Positions 21,694 to 34,341 of a DNA stretch of 64,000 nt are shown piece after piece (the stretch's first letter is position 1; each line of letters begins with the position of its first letter). Made by a program: the position numbers and the translations under genes. Origin of the DNA: Azolla caroliniana. Taxonomy: Eukaryota > Plantae > Polypodiophyta. The stretch spans positions 25,544,001 to 25,608,000 of the forward strand of contig JBHGNT010000001.1 in assembly GCA_043228905.1 (NCBI GenBank), read 5' to 3'. The notes under the pieces were generated by a model. It had not been told where the DNA came from. It did no database searches and saw only the letters and a list, made by a program, of their open reading frames with translations.

Positions 21694-24600
21694 TGTTGGG
21701 ATTACGGTCCCTTCGGATGGGATGGTCGGATATCGGAGATGAATGCCGACAAGCCCGGTTTCGGTTTCGGATCCGGATGACGAAGACCCCAGTTTCGGTA
21801 CCGGATGACGAATGTACCCGGAGAGCGATCCGGATGCAGGGACATATCCGTGAATATGTTCGCTATGGGCCCCTGAGGCCACAGTTGTAAATAGCCCAAA
21901 GTCATATAAGTATAAATATGACTTAGGGCAAACAGTTTTGTTGTTGCTTCTCATTTTTTCTGTTTTTCCACTTTAGAGGAGTGAAGAGGGAGCAGCCGTG
22001 AGAGAGAGAGAGATAGAGCGCGAGAGAGGAAGAGGTAGACGCCTCTGTGTATTTCCGCCGCCTGTGGCGAGGACAGCGAGCTCAAGGTCGTCGCCTTGGA
22101 GCTCGTCATTGTATACTTCTCTGTATAGCGTTGTTTGGAGTCTTGTACTCCCGTGGTTTTTCCCGTCTGGGTTTTCCACGTTAATCCCTGTGTACTCGCG
22201 CTTCTTTTGTTTCTCGTGTGGTTCCTATTTTCTGCTCCATTGATCCGCGATTACTCGGTTGTGGCCGAGCGAAGAAGGTGAATCGAAGCGTTGATTCCCA
22301 ACAAACTGGTATCAGAGCGACTGTTGCAGAAAATGGAAGGCGGCGGCAGCGGGCAGCCGGGGATGATGGTGCTGAATGCACAGAATTACGCCGACTGGAA
22401 GATCAAGATGGAGGATCTTCTGATTGTTCGGGACCTGTACGAACCGATTGACAGGTCGGAAATACCGAAGGGGGTACTTGAGTTGGAGTGGAAGCTCCTG
22501 AACCGGAAAGCCGTAGCGACGATCCGACAATATGTCGATGTAAGCGTCCTACAACATGTGGCGAACGACACCAACGCATATGAGATGTGGAAGAAGCTGT
22601 CGGGCCTCTACGAAAGGAAGAATGCGTTGAACCGGACCTCCCTGATGAGGAAGATAGTGAATCTCAAGTACCGGGACGGCGAGAGTATGGTGGAACACGT
22701 AAGCACGTTCATGGGATTCGTGAACCAGCTTGCGGCGATCAAGTTCCCGCTGGAGGATGCAATGCAAGCCATCATTCTGATGTGTACATTGCCGGAAAGC
22801 TGGGAAAACTTGGTGGTAACTCTCAGCACCTCCTGCACCGAAGATAACTTGTCCTTACAAACGGTAAAGACAAGTATTTTGAATGAAGAAGCGCGTCGGA
22901 GAGATAAGGAACCGGCCTCCGACCCGAAGATGTTGTTTACCGAATCGGATCGGGGAAGACAATGGAACCGGAGTCCGCAAAGACGGGAGAAGTCGGGGAC
23001 CCGGTCGCAGTCAAGAGGAAGGCCCACATGCTTCCACTGTGGGAAACCGGGGCACTTCCGAAAGAATTGTCGGCATTACCGAAAAGACAACGGAGCCGAC
23101 GACACCGATTCGAAGAAGTCACCGGAGAGAAACGGTGCATACCGGGGAGTCACGGACCGGAGAGGTTCGGATCGGCGAGGGCAGGACCGGAAAGGAACGA
23201 CGGCACTCGCGGCAAGTGAGGAAGAAATCATGCTCATCACCGAAGAAGGTGAGCTAAACATTGCCGGCGATGAGACGACCTGGGTGGTCGATTCCGGAGC
23301 ATCGTTCCACCTGACCCCGGAGAGAAGATACTTCTCATCCTACACAGCCGGCGAGCATGGCTGTGTTCGGATGGGAAACGAAGGTACGTGCCGGATTGCC
23401 GGCATAGGAGACGTGTGGTTGACAACCCCGACCGGATGCAAAATGCTGCTGAAGGATGTCCGACACGTTCCGGAGGTTCGATTGAACCTGATTTCGGCCG
23501 GGAGGCTAGACGATGAAGGCTACACAGGTACCATCCGGAACGGCGTAATGAAGTTCAGCAAGGGGAGCCTGATAGTGGCTCGGGCCCGGAAAGACAACAC
23601 ACTGTACCTGATGAATGCCCGGTTATGTCCGGAAGAGCTGAATGTGGCAGCCGACACTGCCGGTGAGCTGTGGCACAAAAGACTGTGCCACATGAGTGAG
23701 AAGGGGATGAAGAGGCTTGCAGAAGACAACCTTATCCCAGTGAAGCATGTGCACCTGGAGAAGTGCACCGATTGCCTGGCCGGTAAGCAGAACCGAACTT
23801 CATTCCACTCAAGGCCACCGACGAGACGTAGCGCACCATTGGAGTTGGTGCACACTGATGTGTGTCAGGTAGAAACGAAGTCACATGGCGGAGCCCAGTA
23901 CTTCGTAACATTCATCGATGATCATAGCCGAAAACTGTGGACGGCACCGATGAAGACAAAGGACCAAGTGTTGTGCGTCTTCAAAGAACTCCACGCGAGA
24001 GTGGAAAGGGAATCCGGCAAGAAGCTGAAAGCGATACGAGCGGATAACGGAGGGGAATACCGGGGGCAGTTCCAGGAGTACTGTCGCTCGAAGGGAATCC
24101 GACTCGAGTTTACTGTGCCGAAGACGCCGGAACTGAACGGGCTGGCCGAGAGGATGAACCGGACCATAATGGAGAGGGTTCGAAGTATGCTGGCGCATGC
24201 GAAATTACCCAAGGGGTTTTGGGCTGAGGCAATGTCGACGGCGACATATGTGATAAACCGATCACCCTCAGTACCTTTGGACGGAGACACGCCGCAGAGA
24301 GTGTGGACCGGTAGGGAAGTATCCTACCGGCATCTGAAGGTGTTCGGGTGTCTCGCATACGTGCACGTGGTGAAGGACCGGAGAGGAAAGCTAGATCCGA
24401 AGACCCGGCCATGCATATTCCTCGGTTACGGCGACGACGAGTTCGGCTACCGAGTATGGGACCCGGTCGACAAGAAGATATTCAGGAGTCGAGATATCGT
24501 CTTTATGGAGGACAAGACACTCGCCGACTGGGAGTCGGAGAAGAAGATGAAGAGCTCCAAGTCGACTGGTGAGGATAAACTCTACGAGGAGCAGTCCCGA

Positions 24601-27029
24601 CCGGCAAGGGACCGGTTAGCACTCGAGGATCCGGCCGAAGACGGTGAAGAAACAGAACCGGCCGAAGAAGATGAAAATGATACCGGAACCGGCCCCGATC
24701 CCGAAATGGATTCGGATGAAGAAGAAGAATCGGGAGAACCGGTTACCGAAGCTCCGGAACGGAGATATCCTCTAAGAGAGAGAAGGGCCCCCCGGAGATT
24801 TCCGGAACCAGAGCACGTGCTGCTAACCGACGAGGGGGAGCCGGAGAGCTTTGAAGAAGCAAAGCATGACACCCAGAGCCGCAGGTGGTTGAGTGCCATG
24901 CAGGACGAGATGGATTCCCTGCATGAGAACCACACATATGAACTTGTGGAGTTGCCGAAAGGAAAACGGGCACTCCGTAACAAGTGGGTGTTCAAGCTGA
25001 CACCGGGAGATGCCGGAAACCCCCCGAGATACAAAGCCAGGATCGTGGTGAAGGGGTTTCAGCAGAAGAAGGGCGTCGACTTCGACGAGATATTTGCCCT
25101 GGTAGTGAAGATGACCTCCATCCGGACGGTGCTGAGCATAGCGGCAAGCATGGACCTCGAGGTAGAACAGATGGACGTGAAGACGGCATTCCTTCACGGT
25201 GACCTCGAAGAAGAGATCTACATGCAGCAACCGGAAGGATTCGAGAAGAAAGGGAAGGAGCACCTGGTATGCCGGTTGAAGAAGAGCCTTTACGGACTGA
25301 AGCAGGCTCCCCGGCAATGGTACCGGAAGTTCGACTCCTTCATGACCGACGAAGGGTACCTCAAAACGCAGTCCGACCACTGCGTGTTTGTGAAGAAGTT
25401 CGAAGGAGGAGACTCTCTAATACTCCTCCTGTACGTGGACGACATGTTGATCGTCGGACGGGACCAGGTCAAGATACGGATGCTGAAGAAGGCTCTTCAC
25501 CGAACCTTCTCAATGAAGGACCTGGGTCCGGCGAGGCAAATACTAGGGATGCACATCATCCGGGACCGGAAGAAGAAGCAGTTGTGGCTGTCACAGGAGA
25601 AGTACGTGACGAAGGTGCTTCACCGGTTCAACATGTCGGAAGCAAGACCGGTCGGATCGACCCTCCCGACAAACTGCAAGCTGTCCAGCAAGCAAAGTCC
25701 CAAGACAAAGGCTGAAAAGGAGGATATGATGAAAGTGCCGTATGCCTCAGCCGTCGGGAGCTTGATGTACGCCATGGTGTGTACGAGACCGGACATCGGA
25801 TATGCAGTCGGAGTGGTGAGCCGGTACATGAGCAATCCCGGCAAAGAGCATTGGAACGCGGCCAAGTGGATACTCCGATACCTGAAGGGCACAGCAAACG
25901 TGTGCCTCCGATTCGGCTCCGGAAAGCCCGAACTCGACGGCTTTACCGATTCGGATATGTCGGCTGATGCAGATACCAGCCGGTCCACATCAGGGTATGT
26001 GATGACGTATGCAGGGGGAGCTGTTTCATGGCAGTCGAGGCTGCAGAAGACGGTTGCGCTGTCAACCACGGAGGCGGAGTACATGGCGGCTGTTGAAGCC
26101 GGCAAGGAAATAATATGGATGAAGGACTTCATTAGAGAGCTCGGTATCCGACAGGAGGAGTACCGACTCTACTGCGACAGTCAGAGTGCAATCCACCTTG
26201 CGAAGAACGCGGCCTATCACTCCCGGACGAAGCACATCCAGCGAAGATATCACTGGATCCGGGAAAGGATAGAAGACAAGGAGTTCGTGCTGACGAAGAT
26301 CCACACGGACGAGAACGGGTCGGATATGCTGACCAAGGTGCTCACACCCGACAAGCTGGAAGCATGCCGGAAGAGGATCGGATTGGAGAGACATCCCATG
26401 CCGAAGTGAAGGGGGAGTTTGTTGGGATTACGGTCCCTTCGGATGGGATGGTCGGATATCGGAGATGAATGCCGACAAGCCCGGTTTCGGTTTCGGATCC
26501 GGATGACGAAGACCCCAGTTTCGGTACCGGATGACGAATGTACCCGGAGAGCGATCCGGATGCAGGGACATATCCGTGAATATGTTCGCTATGGGCCCCT
26601 GAGGCCACAGTTGTAAATAGCCCAAAGTCATATAAGTATAAATATGACTTAGGGCAAACAGTTTTGTTGTTGCTTCTCATTTTTTCTGTTTTTCCACTTT
26701 AGAGGAGTGAAGAGGGAGCAGCCGTGAGAGAGAGAGAGATAGAGCGCGAGAGAGGAAGAGGTAGACGCCTCTGTGTATTTCCGCCGCCTGTGGCGAGGAC
26801 AGCGAGCTCAAGGTCGTCGCCTTGGAGCTCGTCATTGTATACTTCTCTGTATAGCGTTGTTTGGAGTCTTGTACTCCCGTGGTTTTTCCCGTCTGGGTTT
26901 TCCACGTTAATCCCTGTGTACTCGCGCTTCTTTTGTTTCTCGTGTGGTTCCTATTTTCTGCTCCATTGATCCGCGATTACTCGGTTGTGGCCGAGCGAAG
27001 AAGGTGAATCGAAGCGTTGATTCCCAACA
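21694..27029 (+). mobile_element. Intact young Ty1/Copia LTR retrotransposon (Tnt1/Tork-like)
   Basis: 610-bp LTRs 21694-22303 and 26420-27029 with no visible difference; TSD CTGTA; PBS TGGTATCAGAGC (tRNA-iMet, 22307-22318); PPT GAAGGGGGAG before the 3' LTR. Confidence 0.98.
22333..26409 (+). CDS. Copia Gag-Pol polyprotein (Gag, PR, IN, RT, RNase H), 1358 aa
   Basis: CFHCGKPGHFRKNC, WVVDSGAS, LWHKRLCH, DNGGEY...ER, YKARIV, QMDVKTAFL, LYVDDML, TDSD...EAEY...DSQSA; no stops. Confidence 0.97.
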   Translation: MEGGGSGQPGMMVLNAQNYADWKIKMEDLLIVRDLYEPIDRSEIPKGVLELEWKLLNRKAVATIRQYVDVSVLQHVANDTNAYEMWKKLSGLYERKNALNRTSLMRKIVNLKYRDGESMVEHVSTFMGFVNQLAAIKFPLEDAMQAIILMCTLPESWENLVVTLSTSCTEDNLSLQTVKTSILNEEARRRDKEPASDPKMLFTESDRGRQWNRSPQRREKSGTRSQSRGRPTCFHCGKPGHFRKNCRHYRKDNGADDTDSKKSPERNGAYRGVTDRRGSDRRGQDRKGTTALAASEEEIMLITEEGELNIAGDETTWVVDSGASFHLTPERRYFSSYTAGEHGCVRMGNEGTCRIAGIGDVWLTTPTGCKMLLKDVRHVPEVRLNLISAGRLDDEGYTGTIRNGVMKFSKGSLIVARARKDNTLYLMNARLCPEELNVAADTAGELWHKRLCHMSEKGMKRLAEDNLIPVKHVHLEKCTDCLAGKQNRTSFHSRPPTRRSAPLELVHTDVCQVETKSHGGAQYFVTFIDDHSRKLWTAPMKTKDQVLCVFKELHARVERESGKKLKAIRADNGGEYRGQFQEYCRSKGIRLEFTVPKTPELNGLAERMNRTIMERVRSMLAHAKLPKGFWAEAMSTATYVINRSPSVPLDGDTPQRVWTGREVSYRHLKVFGCLAYVHVVKDRRGKLDPKTRPCIFLGYGDDEFGYRVWDPVDKKIFRSRDIVFMEDKTLADWESEKKMKSSKSTGEDKLYEEQSRPARDRLALEDPAEDGEETEPAEEDENDTGTGPDPEMDSDEEEESGEPVTEAPERRYPLRERRAPRRFPEPEHVLLTDEGEPESFEEAKHDTQSRRWLSAMQDEMDSLHENHTYELVELPKGKRALRNKWVFKLTPGDAGNPPRYKARIVVKGFQQKKGVDFDEIFALVVKMTSIRTVLSIAASMDLEVEQMDVKTAFLHGDLEEEIYMQQPEGFEKKGKEHLVCRLKKSLYGLKQAPRQWYRKFDSFMTDEGYLKTQSDHCVFVKKFEGGDSLILLLYVDDMLIVGRDQVKIRMLKKALHRTFSMKDLGPARQILGMHIIRDRKKKQLWLSQEKYVTKVLHRFNMSEARPVGSTLPTNCKLSSKQSPKTKAEKEDMMKVPYASAVGSLMYAMVCTRPDIGYAVGVVSRYMSNPGKEHWNAAKWILRYLKGTANVCLRFGSGKPELDGFTDSDMSADADTSRSTSGYVMTYAGGAVSWQSRLQKTVALSTTEAEYMAAVEAGKEIIWMKDFIRELGIRQEEYRLYCDSQSAIHLAKNAAYHSRTKHIQRRYHWIRERIEDKEFVLTKIHTDENGSDMLTKVLTPDKLEACRKRIGLERHPMPK

Positions 27030-28660
27030 CTGTATCATCCATACGTTTCAATACAAAGAATAACAAGACCTCACAAACTAGTTACAAACTCAATTATATA
27101 TAACTAAGAGTTGCCCTTTGATCGTATTACACATATGTCCTAGTCTAGTTTGTCGAAATCGGACAATGTGAATATGGTCATTATATACCCATATTTGACA
27201 CTCTCCCTTAATGTGCGTATACAATAAAAATCCATAATAAGAGAATAAACAAAATACAGATTTATACAAAAAGATGTTTAGGATAGTTCGGTGGGTTGTT
27301 GGATCTACAAGGGCTAAATAACAGAAGCCAAATGAGCTGGTCCGAAAGGCTGTAGCCGGATCGAAGCCGATTGTTTGAGACCATCTCTGTGTTCGACTCA
27401 ATCAGACTGATTTCTCCTTAAGCTCATTTGGTGCCTTAGTGACCGGAATCAGTCTGTTGAAAGACACTCGGTCATCCCATCTGATACGTTGTCGGTCGTA
27501 GAAATCTTCTCAAGGTCGAGCTTACCTGTAGCTATGCACTCCCGAACGAAGTGATATCAAATGTTGATGTGCTTCGAGGTGTTATGGTGGACTAGGTTCT
27601 TTGACAAGTCGACAACACCCCGATTGTCGTAGACAATTGGAGCTGAATTGGAGTCGGCTTGTCAAAACGTGCATGCCAGTCGATCGATCTATAAAGCCTC
27701 CTTCGCTTCGTCAGATGTGGCGACATATTCGGCCTCGGTCGTCAAAGTGGTCATGCACTCCTGAAGTTTCAACTTCCACAATATTTCTCCATTGCCGAAT
27801 TTGAAGAAGTATCCGGTTGTCCACATGGTTGGCAAAATCTGAGTCAGTGTAGCCAACTACGCCTTAGTTATTGTTCAGGCTAAAGAGGATGCCAAGGTCT
27901 TGTGTGCTCATTAGGTATCAAATACATGCTTAACTGCATTCCAATGTTGTCGGCTGGGGTTGTGCATAAATCTGTTGATGTCTTCTATGACCTGATGGGA
28001 GTCGACTGCTGATGTATATGGTACTGACTTCATATCTTCCCCCTCTGGATTGGATGTCGAACAGTCTCGCTGAGACAGCCGAAGGCTAGTTGGGAGTAGG
28101 GTTGAAGTAGATTTGGCCGATTGCATGTTGAAGCGTTCTAAGATACATTTGATGTAGTTAGCTTGAGACAAAAACAAATTCTATTGATGTTGGAGCCAAC
28201 TAATCTTCATTCCAAGTATGTTTCTAGCCGGACCTAGGTTCTTCATTGTGAACTTCACCCGCAGTTGCCGAACAAGATTGGCAAGCTCTTCGACATGTCG
28301 ACCGGAAAGAAGCTTGTCATCCACATATAGGATGAGGAAGATGGGTGATCTATCTTGAGCTGTTCTCGACAAAAGACAATGGTCCTCATCGCTCTTGACA
28401 AGGCTGATTGATTGTATAAAGTTGTCAAACTTCTTGTACCATTGTCGTGGACTTGTTTTAGGCTGTAGAGACTCTTCTTGAGTCTGCAGACTAGACGTTC
28501 TTGATCAGGTTTGATGAAGCCTTTCGGCTGTTCCATGTAAATCTCCTCCTCAAGACCACCATGGAGGAACGTTGTCTTGATGTCTAACTCAATTAGCTCC
28601 AAGTGTTGAGCTACCACAATGCCAAGCAAGAATCGAATGGTGGTCATTTTCACCATTGGT
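27030..28660 (-). mobile_element. Degenerate Copia relic (RT-RNase H, PPT, 3' LTR starting at 27200 and interrupted by the young Copia)
   Basis: ELDIKTTFLHG...RLKKSLY, LYVDD and SVPYTSAV fragments; AAGGGAGAG-TGTCAAAT at 27209-27193 on the minus strand. Confidence 0.8.
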
Positions 28661-29129
28661 GAACACCTTCATCAACAACATGCAAATGAACTAGAAGAAA
28701 CCATAAGTTTGAGAATGGAAAAGAAAAGGTTGGGCCAATAAATGAACTAAGAAAAGATATTGGAGAAGTGAACTCTTGATAATTAGGCATAGCAAAGAAG
28801 GATTTTGCACGATATCATCATTGGCATCGCGAAGCAAAAAACACAAGTTTTGGGGGAGTCAGGTGGATTGACGAATGCGATTACTAAAAGTAAGAAAACC
28901 ATCGATGAAGAAGCAATCCCCATCGGGCACTAGCAACAACCATCAAGACATGGGGGCACGAGGGTGAAAATCGGCTATGGAAGGAGTGAGTGGTAGGCAA
29001 CAAAGGGGTGGTCGAGGGGTGATCGAGACAAATGATGGGGGCGGAAGCTCAAGTGCACGATGAAATAGAGAGAGGAAGGAAGACCCTTATGTATGGGGGG
29101 GGTTCGAAGAAATGAAAGGCTTTTTGTAA

Positions 29130-29500
29130 ATACATACATAGGAAGAGCAAAGGGTATATGGAGCTATGTAAATACATACACACAAAAATAGAGCTATGTA
29201 CATACATACATACATACATACATTATACATACATACACACATACACACACACACATACATACATACATACCATAGGAAGAAGAAGGGGCCAAATATGTAA
29301 ATATAGTTGTGTTGTTTTGTGTTTATTCATTTACTCACACTCTTACTTACTGAGAGAAAGAGAAAGAGAAAGAGAAAGAGAAAGAGAAGGTTAGATAGAA
29401 AGAAGAAAGGAAGGGTTTTCGTTCTACGTCTTCTCTTCCTCTGCTCTGCTCTGCCTCCTCCTCCTCCTCTTCTTCTTCTTCTTCTTCTTCTGCTGCTGCT
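29130..29500. repeat. Compound microsatellites (TACA)n, (GAGAAA)n, (CCT/CTT/CTG)n in the EBP1 promoter/5' UTR
   Basis: Visible simple repeats upstream of ATG 29529. Confidence 0.85.
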
Positions 29501-29528
29501 CTTCCATCGATCGTTCTCTGCCCTCGCC

Positions 29529-32500
29529 ATGGCCGACGAAGATTCCATGACCAAGGAAATGGAGGAAGAGTCCGACGAGAAGAGGGAACTCGACCTCTCC
29601 CTCCCTGACGTTGTCACCAAATACAAGCTCGCTGCAGAAATCGCGAACAGTAAGTCCCCCTCGCTTCTCCTTTCCTCCATTCAGCACCCGTGCGTGTATG
29701 CTTATACATGTTTATGTTTATGTATGTGTGTGTGGTTTCCTCGCTACGCCTGCGTGTGACCTGAGAATACTGGAACTCTGTAAGGTTTTTCTGGATTCTT
29801 CACCTGCTCTTTGTATTTCTTCTGTGTCAGATATGTTTCCCACTAAGCTCTCCACTTATCTTTTTCCTCACATTTCCCCTTCAGAAAACCTGTCGTCAAA
29901 AGCAATTTTTGCTACTGCTTTGTCTATTTAATTTCTACCTCTTTGCTTATAGTTTCAGAATTCTCTAGCTTCAAGTTGTTTCTGCTCCTCTTTTCTCGAT
30001 TTTGGACGTGTTCCACATTCTTATTCACATGATTTCTATGTCTATTTTTGTTTTATCCATTTTGTCATGTTTTTCTGTGCCTTTTTGCTTTTGGTTTCCT
30101 GGAATAATTTGGTGCTTTTCCCTTAGTTGATATGGAAAATGTTGAAATTTCTTTTTTGAAAACCCACCTCAGAGGCACTGCAGCTTGTCCTTTCCGAATG
30201 CAAACCTGGAGTTAAGGTTGTGGACCTCTGCGAGAAAGGGGATTCTTTCATAAGAGAGTAAGACTCTTTATCTATGAAGCTGTTTCATCTTAAGGTTAAG
30301 CTGTATTCAGGAGAGTAAGAGTCTTGTAATGTCAAAGCTGTATTTTGTGAAGATGAATGATCATCAACGCCTTCAATTGAGTAGTTCTATTGTGTTTTTG
30401 TTCATAAAAATGGTCAGAATCTCAGTCTCCTTCAGGGACCATGGTTTCATGAGCTTTTGTGTCAAGATTATGGTATACTTAGAAACCTCATATATTGTGA
30501 GGTTTTGTCTGGGAAAAAGGGTTACATTTACTATCGTGAAGTTGCTCAATATGCGTTATCTGCATGTATTGAATGAAAGTTCAGGAAATGTAATGACTAA
30601 CTTTTTTGGCGCTGGCATTATTATTTCAAATTTAGTGCTTTGTTGCATGGACAAGTATACATTCTGTAATGCCATTGTATGAGCATCAGAGGTAACTAGT
30701 ATAAACCTCCTGCATTTACCTCCAGTATCTGAACTCTACAATCATTATGGTTTGTTACTTTGCAAAGGCTCATCAAAATGTTATTTGTAACTAATGACTG
30801 TAGGAACAAGCATTTTATTTGTTTCTTTTCACTAGCCATCACCATATTTTCTGATTCATAAGATCTATTCTTGCAGGCAAACAGGAAGTGTGTATAAGAA
30901 TGCCAAGAAGAAAATTGATAAGGGTGTAGCATTTCCAACATGCATTTCAATAAATAGCATTGTTTGCCACTTTTCCCCTCTTGCTAATGATGAAACCACA
31001 GTTGCAGAAAATGACATGGTTAAGATGTAAGTATGCTGTCATTCTATTAGAAAATGGCATTGTTTAAGAATGTAAATGTGCTGTCCTTTTACTATTGTTG
31101 ATGTATTTTTGTAGAGGCATATTACATTCTTTTCTTTGCGTTGTGATGTATAACAGTGATCTTGGCTGTCATATCGACGGATTTATAGCAGTTGTTGCCC
31201 ATACACATGTGGTTCAACAAGGTCCAGTGACAGGAAGAGCTGCGGATGTCCTTTCTGCTGTTAACACTGCAGGAGAGGTTGCTCTTAGGCTCGTAAGGCC
31301 TGGAAGGAATGTGAGTAATTTATGCCTAGGCGGCTTAATTTTGGTTTAGAAAGTTTCCATTTGTCAGTATTTCTTGATTAGAAGATGCATGAGTAATTGT
31401 ACAACCGTATTTAGAGTTTTGGGTGGCATTTAGTCACTCAGCAACATATAGTTCTGTTTGTCATGTTCCTGATATTGATAGTGTTGGTTCTAGTAGCTCT
31501 TCTTTACTGTGCATACCTAATATGGATTATTTAATGGCTGATGAGTCTTGTTAAGTTCCTTTATTTGTCACTTCTTCTTTACAACTAACTGCTGGGTGAT
31601 ACATTTCAGTTTGAACAAAATTTTTGTCTGTGTTTGGAATATCTTGGTTTGGAAAGATTACAGACTGTATATTGAGATAAACCAATTGAGCATTCGTTTT
31701 GTGTACCTAGTTTCTATAGTTAATTGAACTGCAAATTGGGTTAACAAAACATGGAATTTGTTAGTGTAATTCCCTCATTTGAAGTAATTCATGTGCAGAA
31801 TAAGGATGTAACAGAAGCTCTTCAAAAGGTTGCCAGTGCCTATGATTGCAAAGTTGTGGAAGGAGTGTTAAGTCACCAGATGAAACAGTTCGTGATTGAT
31901 GCAAATAAAGTTATTCTCAGTGTAACCAATCAAGAAACAAGAGTTGATGATGCTGAATTTGAAGAGAATGAAGTCTATGCCATAGACATTGTCATGAGCA
32001 CTGGTGAGGGTAAGGTGAGAAGTTTCTTTTAAGGTTTAACTGCCTATCTTGGTTATTTATCAGTTTATCCTATGTTTCAAAAGGCAAAGTTGGTAGTCTT
32101 TTTCATGATACTCATCTGTGTTGCTGTCATCATGCCCATCGTAGTTGATGTGGTAAATAGCATAATACATGTATATTGTTAATAAATTTATATACCATTG
32201 TTGAAGTGGTAAATAACTTCTATATACATTTGTGCCTCTGCAGCCCAGACTGCTGGATGAAAAGCAAACAACAATTTATAAGAGGGCTGTTGATAAAAAT
32301 TATCACCTGAAGATGAAAGCTTCCAGATTTATATTCAGTGAGATAAACCAGAAGTTTCCCATCATGCCTTTTTCTGTCAGGTCTTAATTCTCTTATCCTT
32401 TTTCTAGAGGGTCTTTCATGCAGTGTAACAAAATGAATAACATGGTGGTGACATCTTTCATTTTACAGAGCTTTAGAAGAGAAGCGTGCTAGGCTTGGGC

Positions 32501-33332
32501 TGGTTGAGTGTGTGAACCACGAGCTTCTTGAGCCATACCCTGTTCTGCATGAAAAAACTGGTGTGGTGCAGCACCTTCAAAATTTAACATAAAACTATTA
32601 AAGAATTAATATCAGGCAAACGTCCCTAAGTTTTTTTTTATTCTCAGAATCTTTAAAGATGTTGGCTATTTCTGCCTTCGTTCCAAAGTTAGTTTGGCAC
32701 ACTAGATTTCCTTAACCAGGGAAGCCTGATTTGGTGATTTTAAAAAGCGGCTTTGATAAATTTGGTGGTTCTTTTTGTGAAAACCTACTCAAACCACAAC
32801 AAGAAATTTGCAAACTTTTTGATAAAAGATCAAATAAGCGCACTTAGGGGCAACTTTGGTATTTAATGCTTTCTCACCATATGATAACATGAGCTTGATG
32901 TAATCTATTCTTTTGTACAGGGGATTATTTAGCTCATTTGAAGTTTACTGTGCTATTAATGCCCAATGGCTCCGATAGAGTTACTGGGCTACCTTCACAA
33001 GAAATCGACTGCAGCAAAGTTGTAGATGACCCTGAGATCAAGGCATGGTTGGCTCTTGCGACCAAGGCAAAGAAAAAAGGCGGAGGCAAGAAAAAGAAAG
33101 GTATTTTGCATATTTGTTTTTCTATTGTTTCAATTAACTGATACTTTCACCACTGAGATTTTATATTTTCTCAGGATGTGTAACATCATCATTTATTGTG
33201 ATTTTCTGCCATCATTTGCTATTTGAGACTCGTCATTTTACATTGTGGTGTGAAATGGTTAATGCAGGTAAGAAAGTTGATGGTCAAGATGAGTCTGGGG
33301 ATACAGCAATGGAAGGTGCAGAAGCAGCTTGA
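29529..33332 (+). CDS. EBP1: ERBB-3 BINDING PROTEIN 1 / PA2G4 homologue (M24 fold); 9 exons: 29529-29649, 30173-30257, 30877-31026, 31157-31310, 31799-32014, 32244-32380, 32469-32560, 32921-33100, 33268-33332
   Basis: All introns GT-AG with consistent phases. Peptides [74 protein letters not shown] and the Lys-rich [10 protein letters not shown] tail. Confidence 0.96.
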
Positions 33333-34341
33333 TTCTATCAGTGTTGATTTCATGTCATGTGCAAGTCGGTTTCCTTGTCCCTTCCCCCACTATATCCACC
33401 TGAGTAGGCGAAAATGAGTAGAGTTTTATCTCTGCTCAAAAAGCGTGTCTGTATTGCGTCTGCACATTGTTTGCAATGCAATATGATGCCTTCTTTTTTC
33501 TTCTTTTTTTATGTTGGATTTGTGAACTTGTACCCTTGTACCCTATGGAAGGGTGCGTACATTTTTGATCGCATCTAAAGAAATGATTCTAGCTATACAC
33601 TTCGTCAGTCCTGGTTTTAAAATATCTAAATCAAAATATTTGCAGATAATGTCTGTTTGCATGTGTTTGTCCAGTGTGTGCTTCATTTGTTTCTAGGGAA
33701 TTTTTTGTTTCTAACAAAATGTCTTCATTTGTGAGACTAATTATGTGTATGGAATTTGTTCATTTATGTCAAAATGATATATATCTCATATGAGCTAATT
33801 GTTAAAATTCTAGTGTGCGCTTTAGATAACGGACATGTTATTCTTAAATTTTTTGAATTTATTTTTATGTGATGAGCTTAAAAATAGTTGGATGTTCTGA
33901 CATTACTTTTTGAATTGCTTTCATTTTTGGTAGTTGTTGCAAGAATCATGCTCCCTTTGCATACTATTGATTATGTGGAGCAAAAATATGCCATCAATAT
34001 ATCTACTAATTGTGACTGAGCAAGAAAAATAATTCATCATCCCTATTTTCATAAGCAACAAATTATGTAATAAATCACATATGAACCACATGAGAATTTT
34101 ACTTTTGAGCATTTGGAAGATTTAGGACGCATTTTACTAAGCTTCCTAGCCGGGTTGATACTCATCATTGGATGAGCTGTTAAGAAGCTTGCAAACATAA
34201 CGTAATGATGGCTATGTTGGTGTGTTGATGCGCTTTGCTATTAGGTTTTATAGCTATATAACTGAGCTAATAGGACCTCTCATTTTGCTCTTTGACAAGG
34301 TGGATCTTATTTCTGATCAAGCATAATTTGTGTTGTGCCTG

